Under the pieces are notes generated by a model. The model ran no database searches. It worked only from the letters and a program-made list of their open reading frames with translations, and had not been told where the DNA came from. From Curvularia clavata (taxonomy: Eukaryota), in assembly GCA_023920165.1 (NCBI GenBank), contig CP089275.1, forward strand, positions 1,488,001 through 1,552,000: a stretch of 64,000 nucleotides of DNA. The letters run 5' to 3'. This document shows, piece after piece, positions 26,092 through 38,900 of the stretch (position 1 is its first letter; every line of letters starts with the position of its first letter). A program made the translations under genes and the position numbers.

Positions 26092-28535
26092 TTACATCCT
26101 CTCAACAGGACTCAGACCAAGCACCCTCATACCATTGTACAGAACCTGCCTAGCAGCAACATACAGCGCCAACCTAGCAATCAGCACATTCCTCTCCGAG
26201 CCCACAACCTGTAGGTGGTCGTAGCTGCTGCTCAGGGCATGTGCCATCTTGAACAGATACGTGAGGACCGTGGTAGGCTCCTGTGTCTTGAGCGTGTTGA
26301 TGAAAGTGTCGGGCCAGCTGGCGAGTTGGCGGACGAGGTCGACGGCCTTGTCTTCCTGGAGGAGACTCAGGTCGGCAGCGGTGGCGAGATCGAGCTCAGC
26401 GAGCGAAGGGTCCGAGTCGACGGCCTTGCGGTAGATGGAGCAGAGACGGGCGTGGGCGTATTGCAGGTATGGGCCTGTGTCGCCTTCGAACGATGTCATG
26501 CGGTCCATGTCGAAGGTGTAGTTATTGATGCGCTTGCCCTTCATATCTTGGACCATGACGGCGGAGATGCCGAGTGTGTCTGCTGTTTGCTCGGGGTCCT
26601 TGACCTGGGCGTATTTGGTCTCGTTGGTCTTCATGACTTCATGCATCTTGTCGCCCACGTCCCGGAGAATATCGTCGAGGAACTTGGCGGTACCTTTTCG
26701 GGTCGACATGCCTGTAGCGGACCAATTAGTTTGAGATCTGGTACTGTGATGATGCAAGTAGGCACTTACCGAGGACCATGCCGAAGTTGATGTGTTGACA
26801 CCTGTCTGAGATGTCTTTCCTTCCCATGAGCTCCTCAATCTTGAAGAGCTGGGCCAGGTGGAGATCTTGCTGTGAGGCAACAACGTAGATCATTTTGCTG
26901 CAAGACGTTAGCGTCCCTTTCCTTTCTTGCCTTTGGAAACAAATCGTGATACATACTCGAAGTGGTACTTCTCGTCACGCTCAATGGCCGCACCGATGTC
27001 TCGCGTCAGGTACAGCGATGTGCCGTCCTTCTTCTTGACAACTGCCTTGCCCAACTTCTTGGAATGCGGTGTGAGATCTACAATGACAGCACCCTCTGAG
27101 TCCTCGCAGACCTTCTTCTCCCACATGGTCTTGGCAGCAAGTTCCATGCTCTCGTCCTTGACTTGCGACTCTCCGCTGTAGTCATCGTAGTGGATGTTCA
27201 ACCGGGCATATGTCTGCTTGTACTTTTCAATAGAAAGATCCTGCCTCCATTAGTACAAGGTATGTCAATGAATAAAGCAAATATGCTCACCCTGAAGCGT
27301 TTCCAGATACCAAGAGCCTTGGGCTCGCCATCTACCATTCCCTTGAAGTATTTTCTGGCCTGCTCATCAATTCCCTCTTCCTCAATCTTCTTAATCTGCT
27401 TCTCCTGCTCCGATGCGTCTTTGCCCTCCTCTTTGAGCTTCGCGACCTCAGCCTTGAGAGCCTTGACCTGCTCTGCCTCGTTGTGCTGAACATTGCTGAC
27501 CTTGACGTAGATGTCGTACAGATGTCCGATAGGGTTCTTGACGAGCTCTTCCTCGCTTCCGTACAGATCAAAACCAATAGCCAACACACCATATTGCTTT
27601 CCCCAATCACCGAGATAGTTCATGCGAATAACATCCCATCCCGCACCCTCATACAGGTTTGCAAGGAAACCACCAATAATTGTGCTTCGCAAGTGACCGG
27701 CGTGGAACGGCTTCGCAATGTTGGGCGAACTGAACTCGACGATCATCTTCTTGGGACCAGATGAAGGGTCGGACGGGTCCTTGAGGCCCAGGTTCTTGTT
27801 GAATCCATAGCTTTCCTTGGACTTGAGGACCATAGGTAGAACAAGCGAGGTGAGGGTTTCGGGCTTGAAGAAGAAGCCAATTGAAGTGTTGGTAACAATT
27901 GGCTTCTTGACTAGGGGTGACTCTGGGAAGGCGTCTGCCAACTCCTGTGCGAATGCCTTCATGTCCTTCTTCTTTTGGCGAAGCGCCGGAACAGCCAACT
28001 GCAGATCGCCATGCTCGGGCTTCGCGGTCCAAGCCAACGTAGGGTATATTATTTTCTTGTCGACGCCGGAGACAGAGGAAAGCAACTCTGTGATGTGACT
28101 CCTGTAGATGTCGAAGGGGTTCAGGGTAGGGTATGTGTTGGGCTCTTGTGGGACCTTCTCAAGGCCGAGCTTTGATAGAGTGTTTGTGAGATCTTCCATG
28201 GTGACTACTGGGTGCGCCGACGCGTCAAGATCTGGAAAAGGCTTGAAGGGTGCCAAGCTGATGTGTGAGTAGCGTCGAAGAGACAGGAGGGTTTGTGGCT
28301 CTCTCTTAGTCTCGTAGCTGAGTGTAGTAGGTCTCGTGTACGAGTGTGGTGCGAATTGGGTGCGGAGTGGTAGTTGGGATGAGAATGCGCGCAGAGTAGA
28401 AGCACGCTTAGGGCCGGCGTGTGACAAGAGTGTCTGAGTCAAAGAAGAGGAGCAAGTCGCCAGCGGCCTCGTCAAATGAGTGGTAGGAAAATTTAAAAGT
28501 CTGGCGCGACAAATATTCGTAAGGCTTTGCTGCAT
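26092..28535 (-). CDS. argS: Arginyl-tRNA synthetase; in-frame ATGs at 28535 (long form) and 28199 (short form)
   Basis: Four exons (introns 27290-27241, 26956-26898, 26769-26712). [22 protein letters not shown] (HIGH), [27 protein letters not shown], ends ERM. Confidence 0.97.
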
Positions 28536-31500
28536 TCCAAATGTGGGGTAGCTGCGATGCGTCAATGGTTCCAGAGGGTTGCAATGAGAACGCGCTAACT
28601 AAAATTTTGGAGGGGCATTTCATCGCGCTAAAGCCTGGTTGGGACTAGCACAGTTTGCCCCTCCATCTTGTATAGTATCGAAGGTGCTGCTTGTATCAAC
28701 GAACACCAGATGAGGCTGTCACTCGCGTGACGGCAGTAATGAATAATTGGACGCAATCTGCCAGAAGCCCAAACGCCACCCTGCACTCTATTTGATTACC
28801 CGCATAAAAGGTGTCACGACATTGCTATGAGGCATGTACCGGCACGCCTCGCGCAATCCAGCTCTTGTACCTCTACATTCTGACGTGCGCATAAGGTACA
28901 AGACCATCATATACTCGAACCAGCAACCAATACATCTTGCCCCAGTGATAGGGTACAGCATGTAGAAGGCTGAGTGACCGCATATTGCTCGTGTCAGGTG
29001 AGACTGGGTAGGCGTATGGTAGCGCGCCATGCCGATTCCATTGAGCTTCTTTCCGATTCATGATCGTGTATGTGTCTTGCAAAACCGAATCCCTTTCTTT
29101 CTTCTTAGCAGAAGTATATTTTCGAGAAGGAGGCATAGAATATCGACGTGCATGTCTTGTTTGCGTAGGGGCTCACCTGACCCTATTTTCTCTTCTTCGT
29201 GCTAGTTGCTGTCTCGCAATCGTTGAAGAAACTAAGTCATCGCTCCAACAGAGAATCAAAGCAAATGCAGGGAAGACGCTTGAACTTTCGCTGTTCTTCT
29301 TTGAAATTCGTTAGCGAATGGTGTCCGCCATATGTGTCCAATTCAGAGTAACTTCTTTCCAATTAATTGGTGTCATTCTGCTTTCCAAGGCTTGGGATGA
29401 TCTTTGTAGATCTATGCATTCCACTCGATGACAGAATCATACTGCGCCACATATACCTTGGCAGTACATAAATGCCACCTCAACATCTATCTGGTTGGGA
29501 TGCTTGTATCACATTTGCTTTGATCACCATAAAGCGTGCCCTGCATGGCTACTGCTTTTTGAACTGTTTTAGTATAACGCCTTTGCACAGAACCATCACT
29601 AAGCGGACTATGCCATGCCTAGACAAGGAACTATATATGATGCGTTATTGTGCTTTTCTATCCATTTGCCTTGTCGGAAGTCACTTCAGTGGTGATGACT
29701 GAGGTTGGGTCGAAAGGCGGTGCAGGATTCAGATATGACATGAACATTCATCTGTGTAGAAAAGACTGCAAACAGTCCGCAGGCAAGCCCGGAAAAAGCA
29801 AATGGCAACTTCTTTCTTTGTTTGTCTGGTGCCAGGTTTGATTGAAGCTTCGAGGATCAGGCTGACAATTCGACCCCCCTGACATTACGCCATGACAGCC
29901 TCGGGGCGCTCGGTGGCGCTGCGCGATCCTGCGCGCGCAGCGTGATACTCGAAAGCCTCCGCAAGCCTCCCAATATTTGCTACTATCCACTGATATAGGC
30001 AGGATGCTTCACATCAGTCAAATCGTTAACCCTACTTTCGCAAGCAGTCTTAAAGCCGTGCAACGCCCTAAGAGAGCTGATTTCAATTCTAAAACAAAAA
30101 TTCTGAATGCCCGATTTTGTGGCTGTGAGTCGCCGAGTCATAACGAGGCTGGTTTGGATGCATGCGGTAAATAAAGCCTTGAGATATGCAATGATAGAGG
30201 TCAAAGTAGTTAGTGGTACTTCATCCAACCCCGAGACATCGTAGATAGCTTTCTCGAACTTGCAAATGTGAGCAGGGTCACAAATCACGCAGCAACAACC
30301 ACTGCCAGCGGGTGTAGACTGCATTGAGAGAAGTGCCTGACCAATTAGGACCGCAAAGTGACATCTTGCTTTGTCGATAGGTGAAGAGTCTGGGCAGCTG
30401 CGATCGCTGGGCCAGACTGTCAGCAGTACATGCCGCTGACTTTGTGACTCCTCCGAATCACGTTCTTGGCTCAAAGCCAAGAACCTAGGACGATCCTGAA
30501 GGGTCATATGGTTTGGTCAACAAGAATGAATTATTTGCGTACACTGTGCCTAGTCTTTCCGGACTTTAGTCATCCCTCTTTTGCTCTCGTGCATGACGAA
30601 GGCACATAGTCAGATTCTACACAGACACAGCTGAACACTGATGCATCATCAGCTTCAACACTCAAGAGGTATGGAGATTGCCAGAATACCCTAGCCAAAT
30701 CGTGACAGGGTCTGGGTTGTATCTGAGAGGGTAGCGGCTTGTACAACGTGACACCATCGATTGATTGCTGCACTCCACCACGTTCCAAGATATCGTCGCA
30801 TTTCATGGCCATGGTTTCGTCTGAACCGGTACTGGGTTCGCTTCCAATGCCATGGTTGAACAGATACTCACGCTTTTGAGCAAATCTGACTAGGGGTGAG
30901 CCTCACGATCTTGGTTTGTACCCAGAACGAGTATGCGAGTATCCTATGACTCGGGAAAATTACTCTTTGTAGAAAATGTGGCAGTCAACAAAAGTGCTGC
31001 CTCCGAAAGACGACTTGCAAGAAATCAAGCGGAGAACCGACTCCACCTGCCAAAGGGGGTTCGCTGAAGTTTGCATCATGTAAGCGGGGCGCATTGAATT
31101 TAACCATCATGCGGTAAAGAGAGCTCACGGCTGAAAAGATGATGTTGAATTAGGCATCCAGAAGCGTCTGTCAAAAGTCTCAGACGGTTGGAAAGGTGAG
31201 GCGAACGAAAAGATATGCAGGTATCTCGACACGGCCAAGAAGAGTGGGACCGTCGGAATCTTGGAACCAATCTGTAGCTAGCGATCAAATAGCAAGTGGG
31301 CTCGCTGGTAGGATCTCAGTTGCTGCATTGAGCTTCTGCTAAAGCATCACCGCCTTTTCCTGCGTGAAACTAGTATGGCCTCTCCTAGGGAAATGAGTGT
31401 AGGACAAAGCAAGGCTGTCCTTGCCATGTTCTCATGTTCGCAAACGTGCATTGATGTTGAGCAAACCGAGTCGAGAAACTCCAAGGCCACATAGTGTGCG

Positions 31501-33555
31501 CGTCTTCTGGGCGGCCTCACTAATGGATCATCAGGTCAAGTCAGGTTTACGGGTTCCTGTCGAAAGCTAAACTTGGAGCAGGGGTTCGGAAGAAGCTGAA
31601 TCAGAAAAAGTGCACCAGTAATGATGGACCACTTGGAGGTTACACAAGCTAGCAAAAACGCCAACTGACCAAAGAGGTAGGTCCTTGGCCAGTGGATTCG
31701 GAAGTAGGCATGGACCTGAGGCCTAAAGTCGTCGAGTTGATGCAGATCCGGTGTGCGTAACGAGATCCGCAACGGCACAACGGAGAAGCTGCAGCATCTG
31801 ACGTAAGGATTGCCCTGTAGAGGGATTGAGTCTGTCAGAATGTCATGTAGTAGCTGCGTGTAGCCGTCGATTATACCGGCGAGGCATTCAGACGCACGAT
31901 ACTTGCGTGGGTTTGATGCAAGCAAATTGCTTTTGATGCCGCTGGGGGAGATGGCAAGAGGAAGCAGGTGGCAGGTGTTCGACGGGAAGCTGGGTTCAAT
32001 CCAGGGCGACGGCTCGGTACTTGATACATTATCCCGCAAGGGTGGAGCAGCGGTCGTGCATGGGATCGGCAATCGGAGATGACAGCCGCAAAATGATGGG
32101 ACGCTAGGAACAGTGGCAGGCCATGAAGGTTGAGAATGTTGCACTCGACGGCCGACATGTCCGTGGCGGCTGCACCAGACAGACGCGCAAGAGGCACGAG
32201 GGGAGATGTGCTTTCCTAGGCTGACAAAAGGGAAGGAAGCAGGCGGCAGGCCAGAAGAGGCAGCTGCAGCCCACTCCAAGAGGCAAGAGCAATGTAGGCG
32301 GTTGCTGCAAGTGAGTCGTCTGTATAAGACGGCCTATTCACCGTCTTGTACTCACAGGCATTGCTCTTCGACTGTTCTACCAAGTGAGACACGGCTCCTC
32401 CCGTCGCCCTTCATCACCTGCGGATCACGGAACCGTCCAGTTCCGCTGTATATACTTGGCTCCATCTGTATGCACTAGATCTTACGTGCCACGGACAAAG
32501 ACGGCCCACCACAGGTACCTGAAGTGCAAATGAAGGTTTAGAGGGCAACGCGTGGCTGATGTATCCAAGCAGGACGTTGGTTCCGAAACAGGGCCCTTGC
32601 AGCTGTGTACGTACCATTACGACGGGCGTGTCGCAGTAAGGCATCAAGGCATCAAGTCGACGGCCACAATCGTAATCCATCGAGGAGCACGGCATTGTGT
32701 AACGGGCCCGAGGCAAAACCGGGGAAGCCAGAGCAAAGCAAGACCAACCATCAAGTAAACGGCCCTGCGTGCCTTGGCCGACGATAAGGTGGGTGAGCAG
32801 TTCATTTCGCTTGCCTGAGCCGTTCCTGCCTTCCCTTGTCCCCCCGACTCGCCATCCCTGTCGCCCACATGGCGGGCTGGGTTCGTGCGACGCATCACAT
32901 TCGTCAATTTACCTGCAACGCCCTCTGCTGCACTTCCACCACATCCTCCGCACCCTCGCTGTCTCTACCATCGTCTACTTTGGACTGCTGCATGTCTCTT
33001 CACGGCCTGCGCATGGACGACTCGTCCCTTTTGGGCCAGACAACTCCCTCTCTCTCCCCACCGAACCTGCCCGCCTGTGGGGCTCGGGCGGGCCCAGACG
33101 GAGACCCTGCCCGCATCATCTCGGCCTATATTCTGCCTTGTTATTGCTCGTCGCTGTACCTTCTGCTCTACATCACCTGTCTATGAGATTAAAGGGCTCA
33201 CCTGTTAGGCTTTCATCACGCTTGGTGAACCGTTGTCGCCATGATGGAGGGCCGGATGTATGCCCTCCACAACACGGCCTTGATGACATGTCTGACTCGT
33301 GGCCTGTCCTGATTTCCTATATCTTCGCTATCCAGCGTCACCTGGTAGTAGCTCCATGGCGTCATCCTTGGTTGCCATTCCTCGTCTGTCATTACCTACT
33401 GTCATTACCGAGCCACATTGTGCTTTTTTCTTGATCCTTATTTGATCCCCATCCCCCAAACATCTGCCCTTTACCATCATATCAAAGCTGATGACGGCTT
33501 GGTTCAAGTCATTCCGTGAAACTCTGCTAAGCAAAATAGCCTCAACCTTCGTCAG

Positions 33556-34534
33556 ATGCCAAGGGGTTTACGACGAGGAAGAGGTAGAGAACAGAATCCC
33601 AACCGAGCCGCCGCATCCAGGAGAACCACATCCAACGCACAAGCTCAATCTACGCGTGGCAGCACCACTCGGCGCAACATCGACAATCAAATTCCACTCA
33701 GGAGATCTGCCCGTATTGCTCAGTTACTCAACGGCCAATCTGACCAACGGGTAGCTGACGCGGCTTCCTCTATGGCTGACGTTGCAAGGCCGAGGCAGCT
33801 GGGAAGCACGTCTGTTCGCTCAAGACATCACTCTGGAGGCGCTCGTGCATCAGGGCATTCAAGATCAGGTCCAACATCTCTATCGCCAGACGAGATTCGG
33901 TACGCCATGGATATTGTGGTACAGCCGCCACGTACTGCCCAAGTGGGACAAACTATGCCTGGCTCAATCATTGTGCGGTTGAAGACCACCAACGCTGACG
34001 CTGATGATGCTATTGCAGAGTCCGCCAACCTCGTCGCAGTCGCAGCTCTAGTCCCTGACTCCGGCTCGTCCGATTCACCAGACCCCAATGCCCTCAATAC
34101 ATTGCTCGCAGGGCGAATCTTCGATACCATCCATCCTTTCAGCGACGACGAAGCTGACGGCTGTATTGCCTCAATGGATATGGCTGATCCAAACGGCGTG
34201 GGCTACATGCGCTTCCCTGAGCTTGTGATCCGCCAGGTGGGCACCTATCGCATACGCATCACTCTCATCCGTATGGCGAATCCCTCTTCAGATCCTCCAG
34301 CTGCATCTACAGGCAGCGGATTGGCTGTGCACGTTGTCGATAGTAACCCAGTCGTTGTCGTCAATAGCGGAGGGCCTGCCACAAGTCACAACGGTAAGTA
34401 CATGATGGCTACCTATTGAGTTTCTTCAGCTTCCTGATTTTTTCTTTCCATATATCACAGGGGATGACAATATTGATGATGGTGGATGGCTTGAGGTTCT
34501 GCGTTCCATTCAGGATAGACGCCGGTCACGCTGA
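33556..34534 (+). CDS. Divergent velvet-domain-like protein
   Basis: Exons 33556-34393 and 34461-34534. YAMDIVVQPP and GYMRFPELVIRQVGTYRIRITLIRM resemble the velvet-domain motifs Y.L.VRQQP and FIFPDLSVR.EG.YRL.F.L; basic N-terminus. Confidence 0.7.
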
Positions 34535-35079
34535 TTTTATGCTTTCGGGTTTATATGAGGCTGTGTTGCTTTTCTCATGATACACCCTTTTTCCAAAAAC
34601 AACATTCTTCTCTTGGGCTGTGGACCGGGTTTTCATTTCAGCAGCATATGTAGTGTCTACATATTAGCGTCTTAGGGATTTCAGCATACCGCTATGATTC
34701 TGGTCAAACAAAAGCTGCATCAGGTTCCTTGACTTGTTGCATTTCCATACTTTCCATTGAAAATTTATTTCCTTTCCATTTCTTCTTTTCCCAATGTGCC
34801 AGAAAGATAGACGCATCGATATCTTCTTTCGTTATTAACAGCGCTTTTTCGGATTGTAGTATACCAGCACTGCCAATGCATATGGTTGAACTAAAACTGC
34901 ATAGCTCATTCATAAAAAAAGAAACACGTGTGAATTCATAGCGACATCAAATCGGAAGATTGGCTATTTACAGGTCCGAAACCGTCACCATGACCACCAT
35001 CTTGCACCCCCGCCCGACTTCACCTTGCATCAACTTCCCCCTATTTCACTCCCTCATCCAGTCTCTCTAATCCATCCAT

Positions 35080-35927
35080 CTACTGGAAGTCAAGCTCAAC
35101 ATTGGGGTTGCCAATGCCAATGGTGTCGCTGCCGCTGCCACCGCTTCCGCTTCCAGCCTCGCACTTCCTCCACGCAACGTGCAGCTGCTGAGTGAATGCA
35201 ACAGTAGCATCATCATTGCTCATCTCACCTGCCTGGGTCGACTTCTTGTTGGTGAGCGCAATACGGTTGTTGATGTTGAGGATGCCGTTCTGGCCGCACG
35301 GGCTCCAGATAGTGGCGGTAGTCTCGACAGTATCGGTCTTGGTGTAGACCTGGCCGTTGGCGAGGGCACCGCCGCCGACGGCTGACATACGCGTGGTCTG
35401 CGTCTTGCCGGCGTCCTGGCTGAAGTAGTAGGTCGTGATGAAGCTGCCGGTGACGCCCTCGTCAAGGCGAGCCCAGCCGTGGTAGGTGGCGTCGACGACG
35501 GCGTACTGGAAGCCTCCAGGGTACTTCAGGTTGAGGTGAAGCTGGCAGTTCTTGGAGCGGTCGGAGGGGCTGGTGCCGGGACCGATGTAGGTCTGGAAGG
35601 CGTCGAAGCCGTAGGTTACGACCTAAAGAATAAAGTGTAAGCTGAGTTGGAGAGATTGAACGAGCAAAAGATAACCTATTTTCTATCCATATCTTTCTTC
35701 TTTTTCTTCCAATATATCTTGTTTTATAGCCATATTCGTGCGTATATAGAAACACTTACAGTCTTGTCGGTCGAAGTACTGGTAGACACGGAGCCCTGGG
35801 GACATCCGTTACCAGAGTAGCTCGTGTCGACAATGGTGATTTGGTTTGGGTCGGGAGCATCACCACGCCTCACTGGAGTCGCCGCAGCGAGAACCGGAAG
35901 GAGAAGAGTAGCGAGTTTGCCGTGCAT
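35080..35927 (-). CDS. Secreted DUF4360-family protein
   Basis: Exons 35927-35760 and 35622-35080. Signal peptide, YSGNGCPQGS, KNCQLHLNLKYPGGFQYAV, IWSPCG, W..C. Confidence 0.9.
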
Positions 35928-38900
35928 TTTGAGAATCGTAGAGACAAAAGATTGTCGAGCGAGCTGTCGTGCTGAAGTGAGTGTTGGAAGTGAAGGACTG
36001 GATGATCCGCGATGGTCGAGAGTAAGACCAGACCACAGCGTCGTCTTTATACTCGGTCCCGGATCACGGTATACTACTCCATTATCCCGCGGCTTCACAG
36101 CATTCTCCTCTTAGGCACCCTGCTTCTCCGCCTCGATGCCGAATCCAGAACTTCCAATATCAACCACTGGAGGCAGTGTGGCCTCTGGACGACCAGGTAC
36201 TGTATCCAATTTTAGGTTCAAACCCAGAGTCATCGGTATTAAGACTACCATGTTCTTAATACTGGACCAGGTTCTTCGAGATGCCCGTTAGATTGAAGGA
36301 TCGAGACCACTGGAAACGTGACTAGAGCAGGATTGCCGGATACGAGTCCATGACCAAGAGGAACTGAGGATGAAGTGTAAAGATTACACTGATTCGGGCC
36401 ATGATCAGCGTTTGTAGTATGAGGTCTGCAGCAGTACCAGCGTCTTGATGGTGGCGTATGCACCCAGACCCTGGAAAGGCGCAGTGAAGCATTATAGTAA
36501 CGATACGAAAAGCTTCAATCGCAGGTAGATTGACATGATCTCCACAACCAAGCTCTGGACCTGCATGATAGTGCTGTGCCGTCTGTTGCAGCGCTTAAAA
36601 ATAGCCGTCGGCCGTGTCCCGGCAATATATAGCGATTGGTGTGGGATGAAAGGCTGCTGGTCAGGTGATGCAGGGTGGTACATAGGTGACAACAAGTACC
36701 AACAGAGCAACGGGTGCTGCAGGCGGTACTCCAGTCCGCTACAAAAAAGAAAACACATCTCCAAAATTCCGAGGTACTCAAGCGATGTGCTTACAGAACA
36801 CGGTCTCGACTAGCGCGTTGTAATATATTCTGCAATCTGGCGGCTCGGTAAGCGGGTCGCTTAATTGGGTAATATGCCATGTACCAAACTCTCGCTTCAT
36901 TGTCTTCCGACTCAATCTGCGAGGTTTAACCGGGGTCTGCCATCAACCGTTTGCTTATTTCACCCCTGCATCTCCAAGACCAGAATGCATATGGGAAGTT
37001 TAAGTGGGGAAAACACCTGGTCAACAAGTCGTCCTTCCAATCTCTTTACATATGAATGTACATTAATCGAACCACTGTTGCGATTCGCTTCGCCTCAGCC
37101 CTAAGCTCCCAGTATAGATTTCGCCTCCGGGTAATTCGATATACGACGTTTATAGAGTTTCACGTTGCTGCCGTAGGACCACACAGTTGAGTAAAAGGTA
37201 TAACGTAATATCGTGCTCAACAGGAACATTCCTAAGCTGCCGAGCTAAGTATGAGAACCGCTATTGCCCCAGCGAAATCGGCACTCAGACACCGAAAGCT
37301 GATTCCAATATGGCTGCTTAAACGCGTTCGTTCAGGCCGATGGATCAATCTCGGACTAGAGACCGATAATACATCACGTTGTCTTGCATTCGAATTAGTA
37401 AGATTCAAAGATGCCTATGCGCTTGGGAAGCCAGACATCTCTGCCTTCAGCTCAGCAGTAATTGCGTCCAATAAGGAGGAAGACACCGAAGTACGCCTTC
37501 GCGGCACAGCAACAAAGACGTACTTGCGCCTTCCCGTTGCGCCTTCATCCGCCAAGACGTGCAAATAGCCTCGTGATCTAGAACCGAACAAACATGTAGA
37601 GGTGTGGTGGAACACACCAAGACTGCTACGAGCTATTGAAAACTCAACAAGAGTTGGAGCTGACACCGCTATACCGGAACACGAAAAGTATGCAGTTTCT
37701 GCAGCATATAACTTTCGGCAGACACCGCCAGGATGCACCACAATCCAAGTGGCCTAGGTATCCGGCAAGCAAAGGCCATACCGAATTCAATATCAGCACA
37801 CTGCACTGACATTGGGGTTGAGGCCAAGACGTTGCGGGCTCGAAATGCTGACAAGCAGAACCATGCCAAGGTGTTCGAGCCAGCGTTGATGGTGGAAGTT
37901 TGCACCCGACAAAACTCTGATTTTCAGCTCGTGTGGTAATTCAAATAGTGAGGTAGAGTGGCGGTACGTACCGGCAACAGCCACATATGTAAGTGGGGAT
38001 GCCACAGGGCGTGCCCCTGTGCGAGCCGACTTCTACTAGCAAAGACCTATGTACTGCGTCCATGCACGAGGTGGGCTTCAACACGCGCACGACCGATCTG
38101 AACGGGATGCAAGGGCCATGTGGGCCAAGAGAGCAGGCAGTAGCTTTGCACAAATATGGATTCGTGATGATGTTCTCTTTACGTATAGCTCTTGAGGGTG
38201 GGGACGCTCGTTCCATGTCGAAGAAACTCTTGCCCAGGACCTAGGTCGACCTCGGCCGCATCGGAGAAGTGCTCGCCTACTGTAAGCAGAAATAGACGTC
38301 TCGGGGCTCTTGCTCCTGGAACTATGCCTATTTTGCCGTCACATCTGTGACCTCGAACAGCTAACTATGGAAAGCTTCACCAGCTCGGACTCGGGCTTCG
38401 GAAGCGCTGTAGCAATCGGGGGGTTCTAGTCTGCATGTCGTCGACCCGGAGTGCCAAGCAAGGCGGCGGCTCGAATGAATAGTACAAGCAGTGGTGAGGG
38501 GCGCACATGGTCGTGAACTATGCAAATTGATGACGCAAACACGATGGCTAGATGCCTGGTGGGCGCATGATTTGGCATACAGCCACATGCCGCGGAGAGG
38601 GTCGAGACGGCAGACAGACTCATGGGCAACAGAGCCCGGAAAGACGGATGCCCGTTAGCAGACAGGCATGACATGAGGGTCGCCGTTGATACTGTTGCGG
38701 TGTTGGTGGTGGTAAAGGGGTCATAAGGCCGAGGTAAGCGAAAAGGGACTAGTGTCATCTAGTGGGATCGACCGAGCCGTTAGCGTCCGACTTACGAGAG
38801 AGCCAAATGATCCACTCCGCCCTCTCCTTGTCAGCTCCTTGGGCCAGACGGGACAACGCTGCTGGCATCGCTCACCGGCGACTTTACCGAAGCACAACAA

